Shown here: in pieces, positions 11,204-21,878 of the stretch | How positions within the stretch are numbered: position 1 is the first letter of the stretch | Layout: each line of letters starts with the position of its first letter | Origin: Trueperaceae bacterium | Lineage (GTDB): Bacteria; Deinococcota; Deinococci; Deinococcales; Trueperaceae | DNA: 64,000 nt | NCBI GenBank assembly: GCA_965214405.1 | Contig: OZ243956.1 | Location: forward strand, 1,408,001 to 1,472,000 | Direction of reading: 5' to 3' | Notes under the pieces: model-generated | The model's input: only the letters and a program-made list of their open reading frames with translations | What the model was told of the DNA's origin: nothing | The model's database searches: none | Made by a program: the position numbers and the translations under genes

Positions 11204-12994
11204 TTATTGGCTCGAGCTCGCGAAAAAATCCTTGACCGCCGCCGCCGCCGCCCGGCTCACGCCGGGGATGCTGGCGAGTTCGTCCACCTCGGCGCTTCTT
11301 AGTTGGTCGACGCTCGAGAAGTGCGCTAACAGCGCGTCGCGGCGCTTGGGGCCGATACCAGGCACGTCGTCCAGGACGCTTTTGGTCATCGCCTCGCCGC
11401 GCTTTTTGCGGTTGTAACCGACCGCGGTGCGGTGCGCCTCGTCGCGGATGTTGATAAGCATCCTTAACGCAGGGTGCGTTTCGGGCACTAAGATGTCGTC
11501 CGCGCCCTCGCGGATGATCGTCTCTTGTTTTTTGGCGAGCCCCAGCATCGGAATGTCGAGCCCCGCCTCTTTTAGGGCGCGGCGTGCGGCGCTCAGTTGG
11601 CCCTTGCCGCCGTCAATCAACAACAAGTCGGGCACGGGCATCTTATCGGCCAACTGGCCCGTAAAGCGGCGATACACAGCCTGGTGCATCGCATAGAAGT
11701 CGTCGGGCTTGTCGAGCCCGCGGATGCGAACGCGCTTGTATTCGGACTTGCGCGCGCGGCCCCCCTCGAACACGACGATGGACGCGACCGTGTGGGTGCC
11801 CATGAGGTTGGAGATGTCGAAACCCTCGATGCGGTAGGGGGCGTTTTCAAGCCCCGCCAGCGCCTGAAGCTCCTTGACACCGGGGGCCTCACCGCGGCGC
11901 TCGAGCAGCGCCAACTCAGCCTCTAAACCCGTGACGGCGTTGCGCTCGGCCATCGCCATCAGGTCCATCTTGTCGCCCCGCTGCGGCGTCCGCAGCTCGA
12001 CCTTGCGGCCCGCACGTTCCGCGAGGAAGGCGTGCCAAATTGTTTCATCCAGCGCCTCGGGCACCAGCACGAGCGGCGGGAGCTGCATCGCTTGGCCGTA
12101 GTAGTCGGCCATAAAGCGCTCCAGGATTTCCGCCGCACTCGCCTCTTCTGCGTTGGTCAAGAAACGTTTGTCGCGCCCCACCACGCGCCCGCGGCGCATC
12201 TGGAAGAGTTGCACCATCGCGTAGTTGCCCGCCTGCGCGACGCCCAAAAAGTCTAAATCGTCTTCGTGGTTTTGCACCACGTCCGAGTCGTAACCCGTGA
12301 GGCGCTGGAGCGCCTGGATACGGTCGCGGTAGGTCCGGGCGAGTTCGAAATCTTGGCGACCCGCGGCGGCGCGCATCTGGTTCTCCAACGAGGCCACCGT
12401 GTCCTCCACCCGGCCCTCTAAAAAGGCCTTGACCTGCGCCACCACTTCCGCGTACTCCTCCACCGACACCTCGCCGATGCAGGGCGCGAGGCAGCGGCCC
12501 ATGTGAAAGCGCAAGCAGGGCTTTTTGCGCGGCTGCATCGGCACGCCCGAGTTCTGCCGCAGCGGGAACACCGAGGCGATGAGGTCTTGCACCTTGCGCA
12601 CCGAGCCCGCGTTCGGGTACGGCCCAAAATAGCTCGCGCCGTCCTTGAGCACGCGCCGCGTAAAGAGGAGCATCGGGTAGGGCTCTTTGGTGAGTTTCAA
12701 AAAGGGATAACTCTTGTCGTCTTTTAAGAGCACGTTGTAGTGCGGCTTGTAGCGCTTGATGAGGTTGGACTCCAAGATAAGCGCCTCGACCTCGCTCTTG
12801 GTGACGATGAACTCGAGCCGCACCGCCTCTTTGCGCAAGAGCTTCGCCTTTTTGTCCGCCGCCGCGCCGAAGTACGAACGAACGCGTGAGCGCAGGTTGA
12901 TGGCCTTGCCCACGTAAATTACCGTGTTCTGGTCGTTGTAGTAGAGGTAACAGCCGGGTCCCGTAGGCAGCACCGGCAGGTCTTGACGGGTCAT
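11204..12994 (-). CDS. uvrC: Excinuclease ABC subunit C
   Basis: GIY-YIG ([22 protein letters not shown]), [26 protein letters not shown] and HhH (VPGIGPKRR) motifs. Confidence 0.97.
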   Translation of the reverse strand: MTRQDLPVLPTGPGCYLYYNDQNTVIYVGKAINLRSRVRSYFGAAADKKAKLLRKEAVRLEFIVTKSEVEALILESNLIKRYKPHYNVLLKDDKSYPFLKLTKEPYPMLLFTRRVLKDGASYFGPYPNAGSVRKVQDLIASVFPLRQNSGVPMQPRKKPCLRFHMGRCLAPCIGEVSVEEYAEVVAQVKAFLEGRVEDTVASLENQMRAAAGRQDFELARTYRDRIQALQRLTGYDSDVVQNHEDDLDFLGVAQAGNYAMVQLFQMRRGRVVGRDKRFLTNAEEASAAEILERFMADYYGQAMQLPPLVLVPEALDETIWHAFLAERAGRKVELRTPQRGDKMDLMAMAERNAVTGLEAELALLERRGEAPGVKELQALAGLENAPYRIEGFDISNLMGTHTVASIVVFEGGRARKSEYKRVRIRGLDKPDDFYAMHQAVYRRFTGQLADKMPVPDLLLIDGGKGQLSAARRALKEAGLDIPMLGLAKKQETIIREGADDILVPETHPALRMLINIRDEAHRTAVGYNRKKRGEAMTKSVLDDVPGIGPKRRDALLAHFSSVDQLRSAEVDELASIPGVSRAAAAAVKDFFASSSQ

Positions 12995-13170
12995 TGAGGC
13001 TATTTTACCGCCTTTGTGGGATCGTTTTCACACTTCATCTAACCTGTACCCGACGCGCTTTAGGAGGAAATGAGACCCGTCCGGGAGGCGGCGCACTCGA
13101 GGGTGGGGCTTAAGTGGGCTCTTTTACAGAGGCGGATGAGCTATAGTGTCTCAAAATATTGGAGGCGTAT

Positions 13171-14421
13171 GTGAACGCGAGAAACAAAGTTTTAGGCATG
13201 GTGCTAGCGGGCGGTAAGGGCACCCGGCTGAGCCCGCTCACCCTGAAGCGCACCAAACCCGCAGTCCCCTTTGGGGCCAAGTACCGCATCATCGACTTTG
13301 CGCTAAACAACATGATCAACTCGCAGATTTACGGGATGTACGTGCTCACGCAGTTCAAGGCGCAATCTTTAACCGAGCACATCCAAAGAAACTGGCGCTT
13401 TGGCTCCTTTTTGTCGGACTATTTCATCACCCTGGCCCCCGCGCAGATGTACCTGTACGAAGAACTCGGGGCCGAGTGGTACCGGGGCACCGCCGACGCC
13501 ATTTACCAGAACATCCACTTGATCGACAATCATAACGTCGACTTGGTGGCGATTTTTAGCGGCGACCACATCTACAAAATGGACATCCGCCACATGATTC
13601 GCCGTCACCTGGAGGCCGGGGCCGACGTAACGGTCGCCGCCTACCCGACGCTTGTGGAGGAGGCGACGCGGTTTGGGGTGTTGCAGGTGGACCAAAACTT
13701 CCACATCACCGAGTTTCAGGAAAAGCCGCAAGCGCCCAAGCCCATTCCGGGCCGCGACACGCACGCGCTGGCTTCGATGGGCAACTACCTTTTCACCCGC
13801 GAGGCGCTTTTTACGCTTCTAGAGCGCGACGCCACCCGCGAGGATTCCGAGCACGACTTTGGCAAAAACGTCCTGCCGATGGCTTTAGACGACGGCTACC
13901 GCATCCAGGCGTACGACTTTGCCGACAACCCCATCCCCGGCCAGAGCGAGCCCAACACCTACTGGCGCGATGTGGGCACCATCGACTCGTACTGGGAAGC
14001 GAGCATGGATTTGGTCGCGGTCAAGCCCGAGTTCGACCTCTACAACGACGACTGGCCGCTGCGCACCTCGTCCGAATTTTCGCCCCCCACCAAGTTCGTC
14101 CACGAGGGCGGTGACCGCACCGGGCACGCGCTCAACAGCCTTATCGCCGGGGGTGCCATCGTCTCGGGCGCGGTGGTGCGCGACTCCATCCTCTTCCGCC
14201 GCACGCGCATCAACTCATACAGCACCGTCGAGCGCTCCGTTGTCTTTGATGACTCCACCGTGGGCCGCCACTGCACGGTTCGCAACGCCATCATCGACAA
14301 GAATGTCCAGGTTCCGCCCGGCACGCAGATTGGCGTGAACATTGATGACGACCGCGCGCGCGGGTTTGACGTGACTGACAAGGGTGTGGTGGTGGTGCCG
14401 AAGTCGTACAAATTCTCATGA
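13171..14421 (+). CDS. glgC: Glucose-1-phosphate adenylyltransferase
   Basis: [42 protein letters not shown] and YWRDVGT motifs; GTG start behind GGAGG. Confidence 0.97.
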   Translation: MNARNKVLGMVLAGGKGTRLSPLTLKRTKPAVPFGAKYRIIDFALNNMINSQIYGMYVLTQFKAQSLTEHIQRNWRFGSFLSDYFITLAPAQMYLYEELGAEWYRGTADAIYQNIHLIDNHNVDLVAIFSGDHIYKMDIRHMIRRHLEAGADVTVAAYPTLVEEATRFGVLQVDQNFHITEFQEKPQAPKPIPGRDTHALASMGNYLFTREALFTLLERDATREDSEHDFGKNVLPMALDDGYRIQAYDFADNPIPGQSEPNTYWRDVGTIDSYWEASMDLVAVKPEFDLYNDDWPLRTSSEFSPPTKFVHEGGDRTGHALNSLIAGGAIVSGAVVRDSILFRRTRINSYSTVERSVVFDDSTVGRHCTVRNAIIDKNVQVPPGTQIGVNIDDDRARGFDVTDKGVVVVPKSYKFS

Positions 14422-14510
14422 GATAGTAACTATAGCGAGTCTCGTGCTGGATGCGGTTGGAACTAATACCATTTTGCCTTGTTTTGCCTTAAGGATCGGG
14501 TGTGTCCAGG

Positions 14511-15488
14511 TCAGGCACCGTTCCACCTGTCGGACAAAAACTTGATGCGCTTGAGCTGATGAACCTCGTTGCCCGCGTCGTGACCGCTAAAGCGGTAGGC
14601 GTGCATCTCTTTGGGAGCCGATACGTGATTAAAGGCGGCGAACACGCCCGAGGGGGGGCAGATCGTGTCCATCAGCCCGGTGGAGTAGTAGGCGTAGGCG
14701 GGCGCGCGCTTGGCAAAGCAAATACCGTCGAAGTACGACAGGGTGTGCATCACCGTTTCTTCGCGGGCGCGGTGGGTTTTGAGGTACGACACGATTTCGG
14801 CGTAGGGTGTATCGCCGGTAAGACCGATGACGCGTCTAAAGTCACAAAACGCGGGCACGTCGGGGATGCAGACGGAGACGAGGTCGGGCTCGAGCCCCGC
14901 CGCGGCGATAGCCAGGCCGCCCCCCTGACTGCCGCCCACCGCGGCGACGCGCGACGCGTCCACCTTCGGGTGGCTGCACAAGGCCTCGACGGCGCGCGCG
15001 GCGTCGGTGTAGAGGCGGCGGTAGTAGTAGCTCTCGGGGTCCTGGATGCCCTGGGTAAAAAAACCGAACGCGTGCGGGTCGGCGCGGCCCGGATAGTCGG
15101 GCGTGTCACCCGGCGAGGAGCCCACGCCCTGACCGCGGTTGTCCATGAGCAAATAGGCGAACCCGGCGGTGACCCACTTCATCCACGAGTAGGGATAGCC
15201 GCGCCCGCCCGTGTAGCCGATAAATTCGACCACGCCGGGCAGCGGTCCCTCCACGCCGACGGGCAACATGAACCAGCCCTTGATGGGCTGACCCCCGAAG
15301 CCGTTGAAAGTAGCGTCATACACCTCGACAATGCGCGTGCCGACGTCAACGTGTTCGGTTCTAAAATCCACCGGATACTGACGCGCCTCCGAGAGCGTCG
15401 CCCCCCAAAAGGCGTCAAAATCGGGCTGCTCAGGACTTTCGGGTTTATACGTTCGGAGTTTCTCGAGCGGAAAATCAAAAAACGGCAC
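14511..15488 (-). CDS. Acetylxylan esterase / cephalosporin-C deacetylase (CE7)
   Basis: PDFDAFW, RGQG, YYYRR, GGSQGGG nucleophile, D..CPPS and GH motifs. Confidence 0.9.
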   Translation of the reverse strand: MPFFDFPLEKLRTYKPESPEQPDFDAFWGATLSEARQYPVDFRTEHVDVGTRIVEVYDATFNGFGGQPIKGWFMLPVGVEGPLPGVVEFIGYTGGRGYPYSWMKWVTAGFAYLLMDNRGQGVGSSPGDTPDYPGRADPHAFGFFTQGIQDPESYYYRRLYTDAARAVEALCSHPKVDASRVAAVGGSQGGGLAIAAAGLEPDLVSVCIPDVPAFCDFRRVIGLTGDTPYAEIVSYLKTHRAREETVMHTLSYFDGICFAKRAPAYAYYSTGLMDTICPPSGVFAAFNHVSAPKEMHAYRFSGHDAGNEVHQLKRIKFLSDRWNGA

Positions 15489-15509
15489 CTGGCCTCCTAG
15501 CCTTTCACA

Positions 15510-16394
15510 CTAGCCTTTTACGCTGCCCGCGGCGAGCCCCGACACCAGGTAGCGCTGCAGCACGGAGAAAACGATGAGGATGGGGATGATGTTGATTAGC
15601 GACGCCCCCGCAATGAGCCTAAAGTCCGACTCGTCGGGGCCAATCAGGTTAAAAGTTCCCACCGTCAGGGGCTGCAAGTCCGGGTTCTTGAGGAGCACCG
15701 ACGCGACCTGAAACTCGTTCCAGGCCCCGATAAACCCGAAGATGGCGAGCACCGCCAGCCCCGGCACGAGCGACGGCGTGAGGATTTGCCAGAGCGTCCT
15801 GAATTTCGACGCGCCATCGATCCAGGCGGATTCGTCGAGTTCGATGGGCAGGGTGTCGATAAAGCCTTTTAAGAACCAGATGGCGAAGGGGATGGCGCTC
15901 GCGCCGTAGATGAGGATGAGACCCAGCCGTGAGTCGTAAAGCCCCAGCGCCCGGATCATCACAAAGAGCGGCACCAGCCGCACCAGACCGGGCAGGAGTT
16001 GCACCGCCAGAATCAGCACGAGCAGGCTTTGCCGCCCGCGAAAACGATGCCGGGACACGCCGTAAGCGGCGACGAGTGCAAAAAAAAGCGTGATGACGGT
16101 GCTACCAACAGCGTAGAGCACGCTGTTAAACATGTAGAGCGGGATGGGCGTGTTTTGAAAAATCTCCTGGTAGACGTCCCACTGAAACGCGCTCGGGATG
16201 AGCTTTAGGGGCGCGCGGTAGATTTCCCAGTTGGGTTTGACCGACACGCTTGCGAGCCACACGAGCGGGTAGACGAACACGAGCGACGCGGCGATGGCCA
16301 GCGCATAAGAAAAGCTTCGCCCCCCGAGCTTGCGCAGATTGGGCGAACGTCGGCGTGAAGGCGTTTTGCGGGAGGAGCTTGGGCGGGTCGTCAC
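15510..16394 (-). CDS. Carbohydrate ABC transporter permease (MalG-type)
   Basis: EAA loop ELDESAWIDGAS, AWNEF, C-terminal GLAAGSVKG, six TM segments. Confidence 0.92.
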   Translation of the reverse strand: MTTRPSSSRKTPSRRRSPNLRKLGGRSFSYALAIAASLVFVYPLVWLASVSVKPNWEIYRAPLKLIPSAFQWDVYQEIFQNTPIPLYMFNSVLYAVGSTVITLFFALVAAYGVSRHRFRGRQSLLVLILAVQLLPGLVRLVPLFVMIRALGLYDSRLGLILIYGASAIPFAIWFLKGFIDTLPIELDESAWIDGASKFRTLWQILTPSLVPGLAVLAIFGFIGAWNEFQVASVLLKNPDLQPLTVGTFNLIGPDESDFRLIAGASLINIIPILIVFSVLQRYLVSGLAAGSVKG

Positions 16395-17338
16395 TGCTTT
16401 TCCCGTTCGTTAAACAAGAATAGGCGCATGTAGATGACGGCGAACACCATAATGACCGCGAACATGAGCACGCCCAGGGCCGCGCTCCGGCCCAACAGTC
16501 CGGGGCTGCCCGCGGTAAAAGCCAATTGATACATGCGAAAACCCAACGTGGCGGTGGCCCGACCCGGCCCGCCGTCGGTAAGCACCAGAATCGTCTCCAT
16601 CACCTGAAAGGTGCCGATGGTGATATAGATGAGGTTGAGCCCGGCGATGGTCCGCAGCAGGGGCAGTTTGATGCGGACGAGCTTTTGCAGCGCGTTGGCC
16701 CCGTCCACGGTCGCCGCCTCGAGCACATCTTTAGGCAGCGTCTGCAACCCCCCCAGCATAAACACCATCGTAAACGCGACGCTGCGCCAGACGTTGACCA
16801 TGATGACCGACACGCGCGCCATGCCGGGGTCGCTAAACCAGGCCACGGTGGGCAGACTCAAAGAAGCGAGCAGCGCGTTCACGGTGCCTACCGCGCTCTC
16901 GTGGAGCAGCAAGCGCCACATGAGGCCGACGATAATGCTCGAGATGACCCAGGGCGAAAGAATCGCCAGCCGGAAAAGGAGGCGACCCGGCAACTTTTGG
17001 TCGAGCAGCAACGCCAACCCCAAGCCGAGGACGAACTGCGCGGGCACCGAAATGAGCACGAACAGAAGCGTAAAGCTGATGACGTCTCGAGTCACCGGGT
17101 CGCGCGCTAAGTCGACAAAGTTCTTGAAGCCGACGAAGTTCGCTTGATTGATCGTCGCAATACGCATGTCCGTCATGGCGATATAAAACTGCGAAAAAAT
17201 AGGATAGAGCCCCACCGCCGCGTAGAGGAGCAGCCCCGGCAGGATAAAAGGCCAGGGGCCGCCCACGAAGCGCTCGAGCCGACCTTTTTCGTATTTAGCC
17301 CCCGGCGGGGCTGGATTCCTAGAACGCGTCTGCTGCAT
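16391..17338 (-). CDS. Carbohydrate ABC transporter permease (MalF-type)
   Basis: FVGFKNF, EAATVDGA and LTDGGPG motifs; start set to ATG 17338 behind GAGG. Confidence 0.9.
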   Translation of the reverse strand: MQQTRSRNPAPPGAKYEKGRLERFVGGPWPFILPGLLLYAAVGLYPIFSQFYIAMTDMRIATINQANFVGFKNFVDLARDPVTRDVISFTLLFVLISVPAQFVLGLGLALLLDQKLPGRLLFRLAILSPWVISSIIVGLMWRLLLHESAVGTVNALLASLSLPTVAWFSDPGMARVSVIMVNVWRSVAFTMVFMLGGLQTLPKDVLEAATVDGANALQKLVRIKLPLLRTIAGLNLIYITIGTFQVMETILVLTDGGPGRATATLGFRMYQLAFTAGSPGLLGRSAALGVLMFAVIMVFAVIYMRLFLFNEREKQ

Positions 17339-17353
17339 GGACCTCACTCTCGA

Positions 17354-17388
17354 ATGCCGGGGCGGCGGCAAAACCACCGCCCCGGCAT
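17354..17388 (-). terminator. Stem-loop downstream of the solute-binding protein gene
   Basis: Perfect 12-bp arms ATGCCGGGGCGG ... CCGCCCCGGCAT. Confidence 0.7.
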
Positions 17389-17416
17389 CAACTCTTAGTC
17401 AACACCCAATCAACCC

Positions 17417-18727
17417 TTAGTTAAGCGCCTCGTACTCGCGGTCGACCTCTTGCTTGGCCGCGTCCAGCGCCTCGTCGACCGTGGCCTGACCGCTGGCGAC
17501 CGCGGTGACGGCGGTTTGGATGGCGGCGGCCATCGCCGTGAGAATCGGCACCATCGGCATGACCTGACCGCTCTCGAGGGCTTCTAAAGTGGCAAGCGCA
17601 AAGGGGTCCTCGGCGTAGTAGGGGTCTTCTTGCAAGACCGCGGGCCGCGTCGGTATCCAGCCGCCCGCCTTGCAGGTGTCGCGCAGCGCCCGAAAACCCG
17701 TGGCGTGGAGCGTCCAGGCCGCGGCGGCCGCCTCGCGCGCGGGGTTGCCGGTCGCCACGGGGGCGATGAGCCAGCCCCCGGCTTGATACCTGCCGAAGCC
17801 TGCCTCGTCGGGATAGGGCAGGGGGACCGCCGCCCACTTTTCGTACTCCTCAGGGGGCAAATTGGGCTGAAGCTGGCGGAGGTGAAAGTTCGAGTTGCCC
17901 GCGAAACTGTAAACGTTGCCCGCGTAGACGTCGGGCATCTGCTGAATCTGGTCGTTGGCGACCGCCGACGGGGGGATAAGGCCGCGCTCTAGCAGATCGA
18001 TGTAAAACGCGAACATAGTAGCCCAGATGTCGCGGTTGGCCCCGTCGAAAAGGACGGGCGCGCCCTCCTCGTCCACCCAGGTGCCGCCCAGCGCCTCGTA
18101 CATGCCCGAGTTCATCTGAATCCAGCCGACAAAGGGATAGGTGATGGCAAAGGCGTTCGGCTCTTCGGCCTTGATAGTTTCGGCCATTGTGACCACGTCC
18201 GACCAGGTCGCGGGCGGGGTGGCGATTTTTTCGGTGTTGTAGTACAGGAGCGGCGTGTCGGTGTTGTGCCAGAGCGCCGCCAGCGTGCCGTTCACGCTCC
18301 TCAGGGCTTCGATGGTCCAGGGGAAAAACTCGTCGGCCTCGCCGGTCAGGAAGGGCTCTAAGTCGACGAGCTGACCCGCCAGCAAATGATTCGGGTAGGT
18401 GCCGTAGTTGATCCAGGCGGCGTCGACGGTGCCCGCGTCCATCTCCTGCGTGATGGTGATGGGGTTACCGTCGCCAACGACTTCTTCGACCTGGATACCC
18501 TGGTCGGCGTAGGCGTCGTTAAAGGATTCGATCACGCGGGTAAACGCGATTTGCCGCTCCGGCCGCCGGTCGGTGGTCGAGGCCCACAGCGGCGTGAGGT
18601 AGCGAATCGTGATGGCCTCGCCCTCCGATTGGGCGAGCGCGAGCGCGACGAGGTTGTCGGCCAAGAGCACGCCGCCCCCCATGGCGGCGGCGCGTTTGAG
18701 CAGTTCACGGCGGGTCAATTTTTTCAC
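17417..18727 (-). CDS. Sugar ABC transporter substrate-binding protein with Tat signal
   Basis: GTG at 18727 behind AAGGAG gives VKKLTRRELLKRAAA (twin-arginine); LYYN and PPATW motifs of SBP family 1. Confidence 0.88.
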   Translation of the reverse strand: MKKLTRRELLKRAAAMGGGVLLADNLVALALAQSEGEAITIRYLTPLWASTTDRRPERQIAFTRVIESFNDAYADQGIQVEEVVGDGNPITITQEMDAGTVDAAWINYGTYPNHLLAGQLVDLEPFLTGEADEFFPWTIEALRSVNGTLAALWHNTDTPLLYYNTEKIATPPATWSDVVTMAETIKAEEPNAFAITYPFVGWIQMNSGMYEALGGTWVDEEGAPVLFDGANRDIWATMFAFYIDLLERGLIPPSAVANDQIQQMPDVYAGNVYSFAGNSNFHLRQLQPNLPPEEYEKWAAVPLPYPDEAGFGRYQAGGWLIAPVATGNPAREAAAAAWTLHATGFRALRDTCKAGGWIPTRPAVLQEDPYYAEDPFALATLEALESGQVMPMVPILTAMAAAIQTAVTAVASGQATVDEALDAAKQEVDREYEALN

Positions 18728-18812
18728 GTTTTTCTCCTTTGACTGGTTTGATGAAGGGCCTGATGAAGGGTCTGTAAGGGGTTGGAACGCACGTTTGTCA
18801 GCGGATGACGGG

Positions 18813-19946
18813 TTAGGTCTCGGCCTCCTTTCGGTAAAGAATCGTGACGGGCAGGCGCTCGAGCCGGGGCGGACCCTCGTAACTCCCGTCAAGCCTCTCC
18901 AGAAGCATCTCCGCCGCCCGTTGCCCGAGCGCTTCGCCCAACTGCAAGGCGGTGGCGACGTGGAAAGGGCCATAGTCCACGGGGTGCTTGTGCCCGAAAC
19001 CGGCGACCTCCACGCCGCGCCCGTTGCGCCCGAATCCCCGCCCGGTTGGGCGCGCCCGCTCGGCGTCGAGGAGCATGAGGTCGTGCTGCAACCTCTCGCT
19101 GACGTCGTGGTTCACGGCGACGAGCGCGTCCACCCCCGTCTCGGCAAGTTTCGCCGCCAAGACCTCGGTAAGGTGCGCGTGGCTGCGGCCGCCCTCGAAG
19201 GGGGCGTAGTCGGCGTACTCGAGCCACACCTGAGCGTCATCACGGGAATCGGCGCCCAGCCCCGCGTCGCGGAGTGCCCGAAAAAAACCCGCCAGACGGT
19301 CTTTTGAAGCGGACACCTCCGGTTCACGGTGGTCTACAAAGGCCAGGCGCGTGTGCCCCCGCCGGAGCAGGTGGCGCGTGAGTTTATAGGCGGCGACCTC
19401 GTCGTCAAACACCACCGCGTCGGCCTCGACCCCGTCCAAATAACGGTCGACCATGACCAGCGGGTGCTGGCGCTCGAGCAAATCTTGATAAAGACTCGCG
19501 CTCTCCTGGCCTTTGGGGTACACGATGAACCCGGCCACGCGCGAGGAGAGCTCGTCTACGCTGCTACTCACGCCCCGGTAGTGCGCCAAAACGTTGAGGT
19601 TGGCGCGGCGCTCGGCGGCCACCCTGGCGATGCCCACCTGAACGCTGTAGTGGTAAGGATGCACCAGGCCGCCCGGCAAAAAGGCCAATGTAGGAGGCGG
19701 CGCGGTTTCTTCGGGCTCGCGCACAAAGGTGCCGCGCCCGTGCTGGCGCTCGATGACGCCGTCGCGCTCGAGCAGATCGAGCGCCTTGACGACGGTGATG
19801 CGGCTCACCCCGTAAAGCTCGGTGAGCCTGCGCTCGGGGGGCAGCGCGTCGCCGGGCGCGTACTCGTCTCCGCGAATGCGCCCCAAAAGCGAGCGGTACA
19901 CCTGGTAGTACAGGGGTAGCGGGCTGCTTGCGTCAACCGTCTGCAT
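18813..19946 (-). CDS. GntR-HTH / LacI-type effector domain regulator (AraR-like)
   Basis: PLYYQV..LPPER..YGVSRITV..GRGTF followed by a periplasmic-binding-protein-like domain (PLVMVDRY, HLLRRGH). Confidence 0.88.
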   Translation of the reverse strand: MQTVDASSPLPLYYQVYRSLLGRIRGDEYAPGDALPPERRLTELYGVSRITVVKALDLLERDGVIERQHGRGTFVREPEETAPPPTLAFLPGGLVHPYHYSVQVGIARVAAERRANLNVLAHYRGVSSSVDELSSRVAGFIVYPKGQESASLYQDLLERQHPLVMVDRYLDGVEADAVVFDDEVAAYKLTRHLLRRGHTRLAFVDHREPEVSASKDRLAGFFRALRDAGLGADSRDDAQVWLEYADYAPFEGGRSHAHLTEVLAAKLAETGVDALVAVNHDVSERLQHDLMLLDAERARPTGRGFGRNGRGVEVAGFGHKHPVDYGPFHVATALQLGEALGQRAAEMLLERLDGSYEGPPRLERLPVTILYRKEAET

Positions 19947-20003
19947 CTCCTACCTTTCTGCGGACCCGGCGGGCCGAAAGCTTGCCAGCGCTCTCGGCAC
20001 TGG

Positions 20004-20055
20004 GATTGAACATGTGGACATGACCAATATAAACTCCCGTTCTTCTATCTGTCAA
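20004..20055 (-). promoter_or_regulatory. Sigma70-type promoter and candidate operator for the GntR-ABC-esterase operon
   Basis: Minus strand reads TTGACA-18 nt-TATATT, directly followed by GGTCATGTCCACATGTTC, an imperfect dyad. Confidence 0.65.
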
Positions 20056-20071
20056 GGCGGCGCGTAATGGG

Positions 20072-21427
20072 GGGTGCATCCTGGCATAAGGGGATAGAAA
20101 AAGGGTGCAAAGGGAAGTAGACTGGCGCATGAACAAGCCAGACTGGGAAGAGAAGGCGAGAGAAGCATTCGAGCATTACTTAGCCGATTTGAAGGCAACG
20201 CTAGCGCCGGACGCCAACTTTAGAGATATAGAAAGGGCAATGCTAAAGTTCTCGCCGGAGATGATGAGAAAAACAGCCGAGGCCCTGGCGAACGCCGAGG
20301 CTTTTTCCCCCCGAAGCCAAAGCGACACCTGAGGGCTACTGGCGTAACGGTCTGAGTACAGGCAATATCAAGACGTGCTGGGGTAGTGTTCGTGTCAAAG
20401 TCCAGAGGTTGAAAGCTCGAACGGGAGAGCGTCAACAGGTCTACTATGATGGCTGCTTGGATGAATCGGGCTGGAGCCCTGAAGCCTTGGAACGCTTGCT
20501 CGAACTCAGTAGCCGTCTGCCTTATGAAGAAGGCAGTCATCTCGCCAAGCTGTTTGGACTCGACATTAGCGGTTCAAGCCTTGCGACTTTAACCAGTCTC
20601 TACGCGCTTCACTGTGAACAGGCAGTGAGTGAAAAGCTAAGGCAAACGCGTGAGTGTCCGGTTCAGCCAAGCGCTAAGCCGGGGCGTGTGATGGTCCTAC
20701 AAGTTGATGGTGTTTATGTGCTGGGTCGTCCTGAAGCAAAGAGTTGTCCGGGGCTAGAAATAAAGAGCGCTGTTCTTTACTCTCAAAATGGTCCCGGCGA
20801 AAGGTGGATGTTAGCAGACAGATGTTCAGCCGAGGACTTTTTGCCCCTGCTTTTAGGCTTGCTTGTAGAGGCGGGTGTCACAGCCCAAGATACCCTTATC
20901 GGCCTAGGCGACGGTGCGAAATGGATTGACACCATCTTTACTCACCTGGCGGCTACGCGCATTACCGATGTCTTTCACGCTGCGACTTACCTCAATGTCG
21001 TCATGCAGGCCCTGCACTGGGATGAAGCCGAGCGAACCCGGCACAGGCGGGACTGGTACAGGGGCGACATCAGTGCGCGAGACTGGTTAGAACAGTATCT
21101 CCCTGAGCCCGAGCTGTGGATGACCTGGCAAGACAACGCCTTATCGGCTCTTAACTACTTAGAGCAGCGCTTAGATTCTATGGACTATCCCAGCTTCAAA
21201 AACAAACGCTACCCCATTGGTTCAGGTCAGGTTGAAGGGATGAACAAGGCTGTTATTGGTCACCGCATGAAAAGAAGTGGTATGCACTGGTCACCTTCTG
21301 GCGCTAAGGGCATGGCCTCACTCAGGGCACAAACTTGTGCTAAACATCCGCTACTGGACTTTGATGACCTTCGTTTCTCAGCCTTCGCTTTGGCTTCCTA
21401 ACTTTCACCTTAGAGCAGGATGCACCC
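20072..21427 (+). mobile_element. Insertion sequence, mutator-like (ISKra4/ISLre2-type)
   Basis: Terminal inverted repeats GGGTGCATCCTG / CAGGATGCACCC, flanked by a 9-bp direct repeat CGTAATGGG (20063-20071 and 21428-21436); lower GC than the flanks. Confidence 0.9.
20129..21401 (+). CDS. Transposase split into two frames (20129-20332 and about 20283-21401), joined at T5C6
   Basis: LQVDG, GDGAKWI, DVFHA, PIGSGQVEG and RMKRSGMHW motifs. The second frame is open back through TTTTTCCCCCC (20302-20312). Confidence 0.85.
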
Positions 21428-21540
21428 CGTAATGGGTTATGGTGAACAAATCGGTTTGTGGGGTTTTCCCGGAGCACGAGCACTGTTTCGCTTTTCAAGG
21501 TCCAGTTGCCAAGAAAATAAATGCTGTCGGCTCGAGCGTA

Positions 21541-21570
21541 TTTACATCGTATATACGTTTTTGCTATACT
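21541..21570 (+). promoter_or_regulatory. Toxin-antitoxin promoter with palindromic operator
   Basis: TTTACA-18 nt-TATACT ending 5 nt before the ATG; palindrome CGTATATACG (21548-21557) sits in the spacer. Confidence 0.7.
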
Positions 21571-21575
21571 TTGTC

Positions 21576-21878
21576 ATGACGGTTCGTCACGCGCTGAACG
21601 GCGTCCAGTTTGAATGGGACAGTAGCAAAGCTTTAGACAATGTTACTAAACACCGCGTCTCATTTGAACGTGCTCGTGAGGTTTTCTTCGACCCCTTCTT
21701 GGCGAGCCTCGAGGATGATTTTCAAGGTGGCGAAGAGCGTCAACGCGTCATCGGCATGACGGAAAGTTGGAAACTGCTTTACGTCGTTTACGTCGTCCGC
21801 GCCGACATTGTCAGACTCATCTCTGCACGCAACGTAACGTCTTTAGAAAGGAAACGCTATGAAGATGGCTACGCTTAA
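21576..21878 (+). CDS. BrnT family toxin
   Basis: FEWDSSKA..NVTKHRVSFE.A..VF.D, GEER..IG and VRLISAR..ERKRY motifs; true start ATG 21576. Confidence 0.9.
   Translation: MTVRHALNGVQFEWDSSKALDNVTKHRVSFERAREVFFDPFLASLEDDFQGGEERQRVIGMTESWKLLYVVYVVRADIVRLISARNVTSLERKRYEDGYA

Noticed and set aside
14455..14500. AACTAATACCATTTT as a possible IS/MITE end
   Set aside because: No partner inverted repeat or target duplication found.
14502..15500. 332-aa ORF antisense to the CE7 esterase, and similar long antisense ORFs at 5637-6374, 29035-29901 and 31316-32359
   Set aside because: Shadow frames expected from high-GC codon bias; no motifs, and the opposite strand has a clear family match.
15510..18727. 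Sugar ABC clusters lacking an ATPase gene
   Set aside because: Common for CUT1 systems that share a MalK/MsmX ATPase in trans; not unusual.
21420..21575. N-terminal extension of BrnT starting inside the IS inverted repeat
   Set aside because: Chance open frame; the promoter and family homology place the start at 21576.
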